A stretch of 64,000 bases of DNA from Balanoglossus misakiensis (lineage: Eukaryota > Animalia > Hemichordata): NCBI GenBank assembly GCA_040954595.2, contig CM082580.2, positions 5,835,519 through 5,899,518 of the forward strand, given 5' to 3'. Below, in pieces: positions 28,401-41,200 of this stretch. Numbering within the stretch: position 1 is the stretch's first letter; every line of letters begins with the position of its first letter. Under the pieces are notes generated by a model. It did no database searches. It was not told the DNA's origin and saw only the letters and a list, made by a program, of their open reading frames with translations. Both the position numbers and the translations under genes were made by a program.

Positions 28401-29159
28401 GTGACGTTTGCATAAACCGGTACACGTACTTGCAAGGGGCTCCCTGAAAATGAATGGAAAGAAGTTTTACAATCATCTTAATGAATTCAAAGAAAAATCC
28501 CACACTAGATAACGTTGCATTTCGAAGCTTGGTCGTATTGGATGTTGCATCACGATATTAATTTTCGAGCAGTCTACAAGCAAACAGTACATGCGACCAT
28601 AGACTCTAGGGTATATGATGCGACTCGGAACACAGGTGGTAAAATAGACTGTCTGTGCGATACGATGCGGTATTTACCTTTTTCATTTTTTCCCACCGGA
28701 AAGTATACGCATTGTACTTCTTAACAGCCAATTTTTGGTGCGTAACGTAATGATATGCTGTTTTGTTTTATTTTTGTAGTCATCCACAACTTTGCGTTGA
28801 TAATCGAGATGTTCCTCTTCGCGGTTTTGGCGAGGATCTCTTATCGCAAGAGGGATGGCAACTTGGACTACGTGGCGCCGCCCAGACCGTCCTTCTTCAG
28901 ACCCAAGTCTTACGCGCCGACCTACCCAGAAAGGAACGGAGACGTCGAGAGCTACTTGAAATTCAAGGGGGAGTACGACGGCATCGACGACAACAGCAAC
29001 AGCCCAAACAGCCCGGGGCTGTACCCGCCAGCCATCAGTGCCTACCCACAGAACGAGGGCGTCATGTATGTCGACCCCACCGCCGGTTACCCTGACAACG
29101 GATACCTCCAGTATTCGGTGATGAAGAGCGACGACGATTTGCCAAGAACAGACCTGTAA
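25457..29159 (+). CDS. SLC51A: Organic solute transporter alpha-like protein (OSTalpha/TMEM184 superfamily), about 431 aa, 7 coding exons
   Basis: Exons 25457-25610, 26484-26638, 26833-26906, 27202-27363, 27643-27760, 28136-28388, 28780-29159; all GT-AG, phases consistent, 1296 nt total. Family hallmarks: RILWIMGIYPVFAVTSLMALFMPRA, DYFGG, Cys cluster PPVLIFCCCCLP, LQVAFVRP, PKFFSVQL, LIIEMFLFAVLARISYRK. Orthology versus co-orthology to SLC51A is not established. Confidence 0.9.
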
Positions 29160-30808
29160 TACAAAAACACAATTTACAGTAAGACATAAACTGCCAGACA
29201 CAGGAAGCTCTCCGCGATCGCGCGTTAAATGACAACTCACTTTTTAAATACGAGTTCATGTTTTGGAACATATGGGCAGTGGTGAAAACTCTCTCATCTG
29301 ATTATCTTCATGGATGTTTACGTCGCATGTGTATTAAATGCGAACTTGTTTCTGTTCAAAAGACTTGAAATCACGGTAAACTTTTATCTGGTTTCCAAAC
29401 TTTTCCGGAAACCTCGAAATATGAAGACAATCGATTTATGTAACTATGCAAAGGTGGTGTGCTTAAAATGAACATTCCGTAATATTTTTAGGGGATTTTA
29501 AAAAAAATGTTATTGCAGAATTAGAACACTATCTGCCGTCCTGTCAGCATTCACAAATGACCAACAGAACCGTATTATTTTTCAAGTGTATTTTTGGGAC
29601 GAAAATTGAAGGAGGAATCTTAAAGCTAGACTACAGCAGGTCAATTTTTAGTAATTATAGTGCATATCAAAACTTACCTTTGAGTTTGTCACTTTTATAT
29701 GTGACAACAAACATGTATTTTCGCGACACAATTGTAATATATTGAGCTATTTTGAAGTTCACGCATGTACGATAAAACATATCGTGTCGTATATTACCTT
29801 TTTTTCATATTTTACCAGCGTTCTGGATTTATATATTTACTCTGCCACGTTGTCTTTCGTCAATATTTATACTTATAAAACGCATTTTAGCCCCTTTCTT
29901 AAGCAAGACATCTGATCTGAACAAAGTGAGGTGCTCATCACAAACATCGGATTTTACACGTGCCGCGACGCAGGAAATTGCTTGTTCAGAAACAGGTGAC
30001 CTATTCGGATGATGAAGTCATAAGTCGGATGCTGAAAACACGTTGTTCAATTTTGACATGTTGGACGCATTTCGTCCACAAAGCATTTTCCTTGAATTTC
30101 CTGCCACGGATCAGCTCTTCTTGACGTCACACACCGCTTGTTTCTCGTCGACAATCAAGCAGTGTCGTCTTCCACCCCTACTTATGTTTTTTCTAGTCTG
30201 CCGACAGGTGGCGCTGTACCTTAAACGATCACAGTGTTGATACTAGTAGTTTCATTTCAGTACGAAACTCCCCCCAAGAGCGATATTTGTACATACCTCG
30301 ATTTGTCACAAGACCTTTATATTTTAAGAAATAAAACATTTTATGTAAAACTTTACACTCCTGGCGTCATAGTCATTTTTCAAACACAATAGCACCACCG
30401 ATTTTAAGTAAATGCTAGTAAGCAATAAAGGTGGCACTGCATGTTGAAAAATTTCACTTCAAATTTATTTTACATAAATTCCCATCATATCAATACTGAA
30501 AAATTAAAATAAACAATAAAATGTCAAATCAAGCAGTTTAACACAGATACAGTTATATCTGACAGCACTCCTACTCCGAGTCAGAACATCCACAATACAT
30601 ACACAACTCCACAAGTCATTTTAAATGATAAAAATCCCCTTTTTTGTTTCTACGTCATTATAAATCCAATTCATGATGAAAGATCATATTGTGCTCTTTG
30701 AAATCAATCTCCCAGTGCATGACCCAGATGTCAAAGTGCAAAGGTTACCATCCCAGATTTAAGTAGCATAACAGAATGCCCCGTGGGATCAGCAGTCTCG
30801 TTCCCACA

Positions 30809-33800
30809 CTACTTGCTCTTGGAAATTTCCTTTCTCAGCTTCAAAGCGTCAGTCATGACGTCTCTGTGCAGGATGCTACCAGCGCAGAGCAAGCCACCAA
30901 ACGCGGCGCCGGCAAAACCACAGCTCAGAATGTCTTGACCTGTGACCGGAAAACAGACAGTCTGTGATAATTCTGCAGTAAACGAGTGGACAGTTTAACA
31001 ATAGCTCTTTTACCAATAGCACTGCATGCTTATATGTTAGGGCAGACCATCATACCGAACATCTGTTACAGGCACTATGGTTTGCATTACGTTAAGTGAT
31101 GTCGCAAGGCATGCTTTAGAATATACATGCTGCTTCTACACACTAGTGTTTGAAATGACCACTGCACTGTCATTGCAAACTGTGTGTAAAATACATGATT
31201 GGACACATTGAAAATAACCTGAATTTTTATGTAACAAATTCAGGCAATTAGTTGACAAGCCAAATACTGGCCACACGCTTCAACACTGGTATTCATACAT
31301 TCAATCACACACTAAAAAATGCATGACTTTCGAAGAGTTTTCCAAGGTCTAACAGCAGTACTTGAGGTCTCAATTGCCGTATTCCAGAGGTAACTGAACT
31401 GAACTGTTTCAACTATGAGGGGCATTGTGTGGCACTGCACTATGGGTAACTGGAACCATCTTTCCACTCCAGGAGTGGATGGAAATTTCCAGGATTTCCC
31501 AGGCAGATACCGGGCACACTTGAGGGAGCAAAACAAGACATTGTATCTGACATACAGAATAGTTGCAAGTCTGTAGACAGTGTCAAAGAGTGAACCCAAC
31601 GACATCTACTTACCAGTCAGGTACAAATTTGGTATCTTTGTAGTCGGTCTGAGGGCAGAGACTGTTTGGGCGCTAAACCTGGTCTTGTTGTGATCCAATC
31701 CGTAGATTTCACCCTTGGGTGAGGCGATGTAATGCTTGTTACTGACCGGAGTGCCGACTTCGAAGTATTCCACCTGAGAACCGAATTCGTAGGAGAAAAT
31801 GGCAGTGAAGATGGTGAAGGATCTCGTCAACAAAGAATGAAACTATGAAACCAGTGCATAGACTTTAACATCAGGGCTGATCTACACTTTTTTACCTTGT
31901 CTTTGAGCTGTGGATACAGGAGGCAGGTCTGTTCCCACATTCTCTGCGCGATAGCATCTTTCAGCTGGTCGTACTCCTTGCCACGTTTCATCACTCTCTC
32001 GTCCTCCCATTGCTTGAACCAATCCCAGTTGGCAAAAGTTACCACGGCACAGGTGGATTTCCCTGCCAGACGCAAAAACAACAAACACTTTCAAAAAATG
32101 TTGTACAAACACACACATATACTTTAATAATATATTATTATACAGCTCAAGATTATCTATTGAGAACTGCTGAGACATATATATCGATATATTATTTCCC
32201 AATTTTCCGAATGTGTGTGACATCATCGAAGATGGGTGATTCCCCTAATAGCGGCTTTCTCTCTCCGTCCCAGCTACACATCCTCCCTACACCTTTTCAA
32301 CTTCACTTCCAAAGAGAAGTAAAGAGAAACAGGCAAAAATTCCTTCTGGGTTGATTTCAGAAAGAAGTAAAGCTGAAAGAAATCTTTCCACTGTTTTCCT
32401 TTTTTTCCCAGACAGAAACAAAAGGCAACAGTCTGAAAATTCCTTACATTTCACTAAATATTACCTGGATACCGCTGTTCCCACGTTGGATCCTTTGCCG
32501 ACGGGAATGAGATGAAGAGAAGCGGGATTGTGTTCTGTCCCGCCTCCTCCACGGACTTCCCCATGTATTCCGTGACGACTTTGCTGACTTCGTTGGTGGT
32601 GAAGGCCCAGCAGTTGCTGCCCTTGATGCCCAGCTCTTCCTTGTTGCCCCGGAGACCCACAAAGAGCGACATGGCCCCAACTCCGTTTCGGATCTCCTTG
32701 TGGACCAACGGTTTGAACCCTGACCGCGGAGAGACACCGGATATAAAATCACATCAAACTCCAATGCCATGTCACTTATCGTGACTAGCATTCTTATTTC
32801 TAAATATTGAGGACGAGTACCAGTTTTTGTTAGTTTATGGCTTTGAGAAGAGCAGCCAGTCGCCCTTCATACAGTATATAATATAGTTCAACTTTCTCTT
32901 TAATACTTCATTTAGCACCCAATTTGTATTTGTGCGATTGATCACTTTATTTGATAAACGCAATAAAATTATTATTATTACTTATTTCTAAATGCTCATT
33001 AATTGTAATGTAGTTTTCCCACTGTGAGGGAACTAGATCAGCATCTACAACCAGGTGGACTCGAGGATCATTTCAAGACCCAGACCGTACCACCACAGTG
33101 CCAGGGGTGAGCACATCATTTTAACCCCTTCACCCCCGTTCCCTATATAGAGGCCCAGCTTTACCATAAAAGACAGTGGATTTGGACCAAACAATGGTGG
33201 TGAAAGGGTCAATGCTTAAAAACACAAGCAAAAATCCACAAGGAGTATGCATGTTTCAACTGAAATGTGTCCAGACAGGAAGCCAATTGAAAACCTTTTT
33301 TGTTGATTGATTAAAACCAGTCACCCCTCACCTGCTTTCTCAGCCACCTTCGTTGGGAGGAGTTTGTCAAAAGTGTTGAAGAACCCCGCATCCGAGATGA
33401 TGAGTGGAGCATGGATGTCGATATCACCGCTGGACTTGTGGACACGCACACCTGGATGAAACATGATCAAAGACATGCTTGAGATTACGGTAAGTAAATA
33501 AAATGCTCACGGCGAATGAACACTGAATAACAAAACACAATTTCACTATATCCTTTATATATATTTGAGGATAGTACGTGTAGCTCTAACTTCTGATTTT
33601 GTGCGAGTTTTTTATTATCGCGTGGGAGAAATGTTGAGCATCTTCAGTACACAGCATTACACATTCGTGCATGTTCTGTGAACTCTATAGACCCACTGCA
33701 CCCAAACTATTTTGTTTCAATCTCTGTCTGTGGCAATGTCAAGTCATATATCTTGTAATGTGCTACATACACTGTAAAGCAGTGAGAATGGAATGCCGAA

Positions 33801-36476
33801 ATGTGACTGACTGCCAATATATGCATAATTATTGTGAACACGATACTTTAACTGTATTATCACAGTATTCATGACATCTGGATAGAAAATGTCACCCACC
33901 ACTATACACACTCACACACATACCATTTCACAACAACATGACATTCCTGAACTCAACAAGAAAGAAGGCTCTACCCACCATTAGCTTTGCCGTCTTTGTC
34001 CAGCAGGATCTGAGTGACCGGGGCTCTGACCAGAACTTTACCGCCGGCCTTCTCGATGGTGGGGATGATGTGCAAGGCGATCTCACTGGCTCCTCCTTTG
34101 GGATACGATGCGCCGTATATGTAGTGGTTGAGGAGTGTAGCATGCATGGCAAAGCTGCTGTCCGTCGGTAGGGTACCTGGGCAGATGTTAGAAATGGCAA
34201 AATGTAAGAATATTTTACGAAATGTTTTTTTTTCTTTATAGCCAATCAATGTGGATCACACCTACAAAAAATGTATCAACATCTATTTTCTAGCATGGAA
34301 ACTTCGGACTATTTTTTAAGTATTTTGTTTTGTGTATCAACTACATTTTTTTGTTCTCCCTATAGTGTTCCAACATGCCAAGTTTTCTGCTTCTCAACTA
34401 TTCATGTCATTATTGACAAATGCATTCGGGTCTGGACTTCAAGTGGTATTAAAAATAATTTCAAATTCCAGAATTTTCTTAAAAAAATTATGAGGATTCA
34501 AATGGTACTAAAATTAATTTCAAATTCCAAGATTTTCTATAAAAAAATTATGATAATTTTATTTCTAGGGGAGACTGCATCATGCCACTTACCGTAATCC
34601 CCAAAGCTGTACGACAGAACGGTCTGCAAATCTTTGTTGTCCGTGAGCTCTTCCATGACTTCCTGCACCGTACGCTGCGAATACTTGTAGTAACTGGTCA
34701 TCAGGTTGATGAGTCCGGTGGCGGCCATGATGCTGCCCAGTCTCTGTGGCAACATCTTGGTCATGATGTGACCCAGCATGTTCTTGCGGCATTCCTGAAT
34801 GCACAGAATGAGGTGATAGTTGTATGAGTGTGATCAAGATGATGCGTGAGTGCAGTATACTGTAAGACACTTTATTTTCGCGAGCAATACATTTTTCGCG
34901 AAATACGCGAGAGCCAAAATACGTGAAAATAAAAATCGCGTAATTTTTTTTTGAAGATAACGATGCAGTGAATGAAATTAGAGAACGCGAAAATTAATAC
35001 TCGCGAAACAGTGGCCTCTCTCGATATTGCGAAATTTTCAACTCGCGAAAATAAAGTGTTTTACAGTAGTTTGTCAATATTACCGACATGACACCAATCA
35101 TGTGTCCACAATATTCGAAACACAGAAACAGGAGGAAGACTGTAACACTGTGTAATGCAACATTATACTGTCAATGATGCAACATTCAAACTCTTGGCAA
35201 GATGTGTGCACATCTAGAATCATTACGACACATCAAAAATGCTAAATTTCCTATATATAATTGTGGAAATCAACAGAGATATTACAAACCTTCAACATTT
35301 CAAAAAACTTGTCTATCGCCGGCACATCGTCGGGAAAGCTATCCACCAGGCTCTGCCGGAATTTGTCTTTCCCGGAATACAGCGGGAAGTGCTTGGGTTT
35401 GCCGGGTTCTCCGATGACCACTGTGTCGAAGGGTTCGTCGAGGTCGACCCACAGGAGCTGACCGTTGGTGATCTGATCAAGATAGACTTTGAAGAGGGTG
35501 TTGTTTCTCATCTCACCGATGTAGTGGATACCTGTGGACACAGAATAAGCGACTCACGTGATAAAACATTGCTACTGTGTTGGGAATTGAGGATTGGGAG
35601 TGTGAATGTCTGGGGGGCTAGAGGGGACTGTCCCAGAATAGAAAAAAATGTGAGCACATACCGACATCAAATTCGAACCCTTTTTCAATGTAGGTATGGC
35701 AGCAGCCGCCGGCTTGGTCATGTTGTTCCAGAACGAGCACTTTCTTTCCGGTTCTGGCAAGAAGGGCAGCCACTGACAGGCCACCAATCCCGCTGCCAAT
35801 AACTATGACATCCAACTCTTCAGGGACTTTCTTCGCAACAAATCCTGTTGTGTCATACAAACACACAGAGAACAAAGACATATTTTAAGAAAAGATAATA
35901 ACATGATACTAGTAATTAATACACAAATATCTCCAATGGGGTCCAATATTACTAATATCGTTTTATTTCTGTTCAATAAGGACAAAAGTTCTATGTCATC
36001 TCCACCAGCCCTTAATTGAGGAACGCTCCTTGCTTAGGGAATGGTCAAAATGCAGGTTGTCAAAATGATTGTCACAGTTCAAAGACCTTTATTCGATGAC
36101 CTTTACACCCGCTATATCCACAGGTGGCCCCGCGGCCGCGTTCTAAGTTCTAACGCTGACTTTGCAGTTCTCCTAAAGTGTATCCGATCAGTTCGTCGTG
36201 ATGCCATGCTGTCAGGTTCTCCTGTCACCCCAGTTCTAACACGTGTTAAGTTACCAAAGTTATCTTACCTTGTTTCAACACTTTGTCCCTTGCAGCCTGG
36301 TCGGTGACAACTGGTTCTGCTGGTCTGGTCGTGTCGACTTCGAACGGGTTCTTCCCAGGCTTTGGTGCGCTCATGAACGTGGACAGAACATAGATGAATA
36401 CTGCCAGCACCACCACGGCCAATACAAAAGCCGGGTTGTTGGCCAAAACGCCAAGGACCGTCCCCGATATTCCCAT
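30809..36476 (-). CDS. RETSAT: All-trans-retinol 13,14-reductase (retinol saturase)-like, copy 1, about 621 aa, 10 exons
   Basis: Exons 36476-36269, 35844-35662, 35531-35290, 34794-34593, 34176-33979, 33451-33332, 32719-32465, 32062-31896, 31773-31614, 30939-30809; 1866 nt, open frame. Motifs: N-terminal hydrophobic anchor, [83 protein letters not shown]. Confidence 0.95.
32806..32980 (+). mobile_element. 175-bp 5'-truncated non-LTR retroposon (LINE/SINE 3' end) in a RETSAT copy 1 intron
   Basis: Ends in aataaa followed by (tta)4; flanked by a 13-bp direct repeat cttatttctaaat at 32793-32805 and 32981-32993. Confidence 0.75.
33121..33212. mobile_element. Small TTAA-flanked (piggyBac-like) MITE
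   Basis: ttaa-ccccttcacc ... ggtgaaaggg-tcaa; a related left end is at about 43896-43940 and a minimal relative at about 61725-61751. Confidence 0.6.
34860..35066. mobile_element. 207-bp MITE with TA flanks (Tc1/mariner-type ends)
   Basis: ta-ctgtaagacacttttattttcgcgag ... ctcgcgaaaataaagtgttttacag-ta; decayed copies at about 50955-51144 and 61040-61210. Confidence 0.85.
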
Positions 36477-36517
36477 ATCTGCTGACTTGCCAGAAGAACT
36501 CACACCAGAAACTACTT

Positions 36518-36530
36518 TGACCTCTGACCC
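36518..36530 (-). promoter_or_regulatory. Candidate DR1 nuclear-receptor element 42 bp upstream of the RETSAT copy 1 ATG
   Basis: Minus strand reads GGGTCA-G-AGGTCA; a second HNF4-like DR1, AGCCCA-A-AGGTCA, is at 37353-37365. Function is untested. Confidence 0.4.
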
Positions 36531-38235
36531 TCCATTAGCACAGCGCACCCAGCGGCGGGAATGGGACAGGGGGACCACTAACACTGAAGGAAGGTCCCTT
36601 GCATTCTTGGGTCTTTGGGTTGACAGAGCAAAGAAACAACAGACCAGATAGTTACAATTACATAGTTACCATCTCAATAAGCTCTACTGTAAAGGCTTTC
36701 TGTCAGCACGGCATGAGCTGACGGATATTTATTGTTGTATAGACCATGAATTTACTTATATTGCACATGATCAGACAAGACATTGTAATACTGATGAGAT
36801 ACAAGCAGATGTTACACAATACATACTTTGGTGAATTGAAAAAAATGAAATAATTAGGACTTTATAACATCTAAAAGTTAAAAGTTAAGTCCTGACTTAT
36901 AACTGGACCACCAGAACAGCAAGTTGATTGGGTCTGGTTCCCCTGTGTTATCTTCAATCTTGTCTAGCTACTCCAGATAAGGACAACAAAGTCTGGTATC
37001 GGCAGTTGCCTTGGCGTATTCGTATGCAGATAAAGAAATGCTTAAGATTTGAACAGAAGTCATTGTCCTACAGTCACCACAGTTACATTGTTAGCTAAAA
37101 ACATCACAAAGCTGTGCGTCTAAAACATGTGATTCTATAATCAGAATTAATGAAGGACACTGGATGAAAACAGCAGGTACTGTACAAACACATATACAAG
37201 CGGTATGTATATATACCATGATAACTTCCATACTTTTGCACCTACTTTCTACTCAAATGATGTACTTTACGGGTCCTCGTTTTACGTAGAAAATACAACA
37301 AACTGAAATCTTCTGTAATGTCTATGGCAGTCAATGACTAGTGTGACCTAATAGCCCAAAGGTCACAGAGCACCCATGTGGCCACAGCCAAATCTTTTGA
37401 TTGCAAAATGTTAATAATACTGAAATAATTTACTTTACATTAACTTATCAGAAATGCACGCTCCTTTTTCCACATTCAAGTACTGGCACAAACAGGTTAA
37501 TATTTTAATTTTGGAGGTGGGTTGAATGATCATTGACTTGCATATTTACATAAAAAAATCTCTCCCAGATGTGTACTCATCCTGGGAGTATGACTGTAAC
37601 TCTTTTCACTTTTTATTGCACTCTAATCTTAAATGTGGGAAAGATTCCCATGTTTGACATTATTTTGATGATTTATTTCCCTTTGATTAGTAGCTACCGT
37701 ACTGTATGTTGTTCTGCACACTGAAAAATGCTCAAATGACCAGTTGTCACAAGGGATATCATGTATTATATATTGACAAAGTACATAATACATGCACACA
37801 TGATTTAACTTTAGGTCAACACCAAAAATTAAGTTGTATATAGTATTCACTTATTAAACCATTTAATAAGACAGTTGCATGTACTGTTTAGTTCTATACC
37901 CAGCATAGGATGACTTCTAACATCTGGAGGTTGAGTATATTATAAGTGAACAGAACAGCACATATTAAAGGTATATGGTCACTAACCTACTGAAATTTGG
38001 CTACATTTACCATGGCAAATTGAGATCTAGCCAATCACAGATTTTCAGTGGGTGGCACATGTAAAAAAAGAGCATCACTGTAGGTTCTTTAGAACACTTA
38101 AATACAAGTATACCATTTTCGCCATTTATGGATATATGTAAATTAGTAGGTGACCATGTACCTTTAATCAATAAAAAACTACAATAACCAAAAGTGACGG
38201 ACTTTGCCCCATTAAATGTTTCCCAAAATCTTAAT

Positions 38236-41200
38236 TTACTGGTTCTTGGCAATTTTCTTTCCCAGGGCTTCTAGATCAGCCATGACATTCCTGTTCAATA
38301 AACTGCAGGCACAAATCAGGCCACTGAACAAGCCACCGGCAAAGCCACAGCTCAGAATGTCTTGTCCTGCAAATCAGAGACAAAGATAAACACATGAATT
38401 AATATCATGTTTTGTGAACTCTGCTGAAATGTTGAACGTTTTTTCGCAGTGCAACCAAAGCGATACTCGAATACCAGTTTCACGACCTCACATCCTGGTG
38501 ATTTCGTTCACCATTCCATTTCTCACCCTTTCATAACGAACAAAATATTTCGTTTTAAGGATGAGAATACAGTGCACAAATTCAGTAATACTGTTGACTG
38601 TTCCTGAATTTAAACTCAAAATAATAAACACATACAAACAAAATGCCAAGATGTAAGGGATAAATAGTGGAACTGAGGAATCTCTGTGAAACTATTACAT
38701 GATTCCACTGGAAATTGCATTCGGACCAGAGAATTATTAGTGACTAACATCAAAACAGAGGTGTTTTATTTCCTTTTCAAGACAGGTTGTGGGACTATCA
38801 ACCCCAAACACACTTGAATGTACAGATGCTTTTTCCCAACTCTATCCCCAAACTAAACTCAAGCCATTTACTGGAGGTGGTGGGAATTATAAATATATTT
38901 ACCTGTCATGTACAGGTTTGGTATCTTTGTGTCTGGTCTGAGAGCGCTAATTGTCTGGGCACTGAACCTTTTATTGGTGTGATCCAAGCCGTAGATCTCT
39001 CCCTTTGGTGATCCAATGTAGTGCTTATTACTCAACGGTGTGCCAGCTTCAAAATATTCCACCTATGGGACAGAGCACAGGTCGCAATGAATTAAATGAC
39101 AATAATTAACGCTTGCGAGATTTTGCCAATGAAAGTTTTATACCCGCAAATGTTGCAAAAATGATACCAACTGAATAAAATAGCAACAAAATAGCAACCT
39201 GGTGACCACACTGGATCATATCACGACACAAACAGAATTGTACCACACTGCACACTTAATATACCAAGAAAATATTCCACCTATGGGACAGAGCACAGGT
39301 CGAAATGAAATGTCAATATAAACTCTGGCGAGATTTTGTCTATTTCCAAAGTAATCTTTCGGTGGAAAAATTTTAATAAGACATCACGTTTGTTGGTATA
39401 CACCATTAGTCCAAGTCTGGTGTTACATGTACCTTGTCTTTGAGCTGTGGATACAGGAGACAGGTCTGTTCCCACATTCTCTGCGCGATAGCATCTTTCA
39501 GTTGTTCGTAGTCCTCACCACGTTTCATCACTCTCTTGTGCTCCCACTCCTTGAACCAATCCCAGTTGACCAACGTTATCACAGCACAGGTAGATTTACC
39601 TGAAAGATTCAGACCAACCATTAATATAACAGCGTGAAGGACACTGTGCTCTCATTTGGTCAGAATTGGTACATACGGATCAATTTCCAACACAGGCTTA
39701 TAGGCATTTGCTATTAGATACAACAGACAAATAAATCTGTTGAAGGACATTCCCAGGACCTTGCAAACGAAGGTACGTGACAGCTTTATTGAACAAAATT
39801 CCATCTACATGTACAGTACAGGATGCATTTACACACCAACAATTCAGGTGATACTTGATGCAGTCAACAGATGAATACATGCTATGATGGACAAGTTATT
39901 ACCTGGATATCTCTGTTCCCAGGTGGGATCTTTGGCCGACGGGAACGAGACAAAGATGAACGGAATGTCATTCTTGACGACGTCTTGCACGTTCTGGGCA
40001 AGGAATTCGTGCACCTGTGTGGACAGATTGTTGGTGTGGTGCGACCAAATATTCTGAGCTTTCAGACCCAGTTCCTCCTTGGTACCTTTCAGGCCAACGA
40101 ACAGCGTCATCGCTCCGACTCCGTTTCTGATATTCTTGACGATAGGCTTGAAACCTAACAGATGGAACAAGTAACTTTTGTGAAATAGAACTGCAATAAA
40201 ATTGGCTCTGACTGACACTTTGTGTAGTCCAGTAAAAGACCAACAAGCTGCAACATACGTACAGACAGTAACAGTATATGGAAAATTTCATTAAAACAGC
40301 TCAGACTTAGAGAAAAAGCTTGCAGGTTGATTAACGCCACTGACATGCACAGACAGACGGACGGACAGAAAAACTTGGAAGTTAGACAACCATAAGTTCC
40401 ACATCACCAACATCGGAGCTAAAATAGTTAATGACTTGAATATCACTATCATTGCATGACTGAGAATTCAATCCCACCTATCACATTCCCTCTAAAGGAA
40501 CACTGACAAAATGTCATGTTTTTTCTGTGTACAACTTTTGGGCTTACTGTCATAAACAAGCTCAATAATTAAGTCACAACACATGTCAGACAGAGAGAGG
40601 TTTCTAATGGGTTATCACGTTCATAAAATGTGAACATGCAAAGACCACACAAATCGATCTTTGCTCAAATATAATTAAAGCACTGTTTTGGCGGAAGTAC
40701 ATGCACACACACACACTTGAGAGTGATCAAAGATACATGTGTATGAAAGTGAATACTTGGTTCTCAGAAGTGTTTACAACTAACCTGCTATGCCCAGAGC
40801 TTGTGGTGGTAATAATTTGTCAAAGGTATTGTAGAATCCAGCGCCGGAGATGACAATTGGCGCGTGGATGTCAATGTCATTGCTGCTCTTGTGGATACGA
40901 ACTCCTGGGAAAGAAACAATTATTGCGACATTCAATAATTTAGTCTTTCTTACATAGTTGCAATGTAATCTTGAAAACCAATGAAAAAATTACAGTACAA
41001 TACTCAAAACAATTTGCATTGATTTTACCTTTTTTCACCCTAACCCACTGGTGACTTATTTTTGACATCATTGGAGAGTTTATTTCCAAGCTGGGTTCAA
41101 TAGGGTTAAGGTTAAGGAAGAAAAGTAACCGCAAAATAAAATACAAAGATCGCATTAAAAAATTCACATTTACACAGCCTATAACAAAAAAACACCTTGA

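Noticed and set aside
35239-35802. 187-aa + strand ORF and similar ORFs at 28683-29240, 39871-40158 and 43524-43769
   Set aside because: Antisense shadows of real exons on the other strand.
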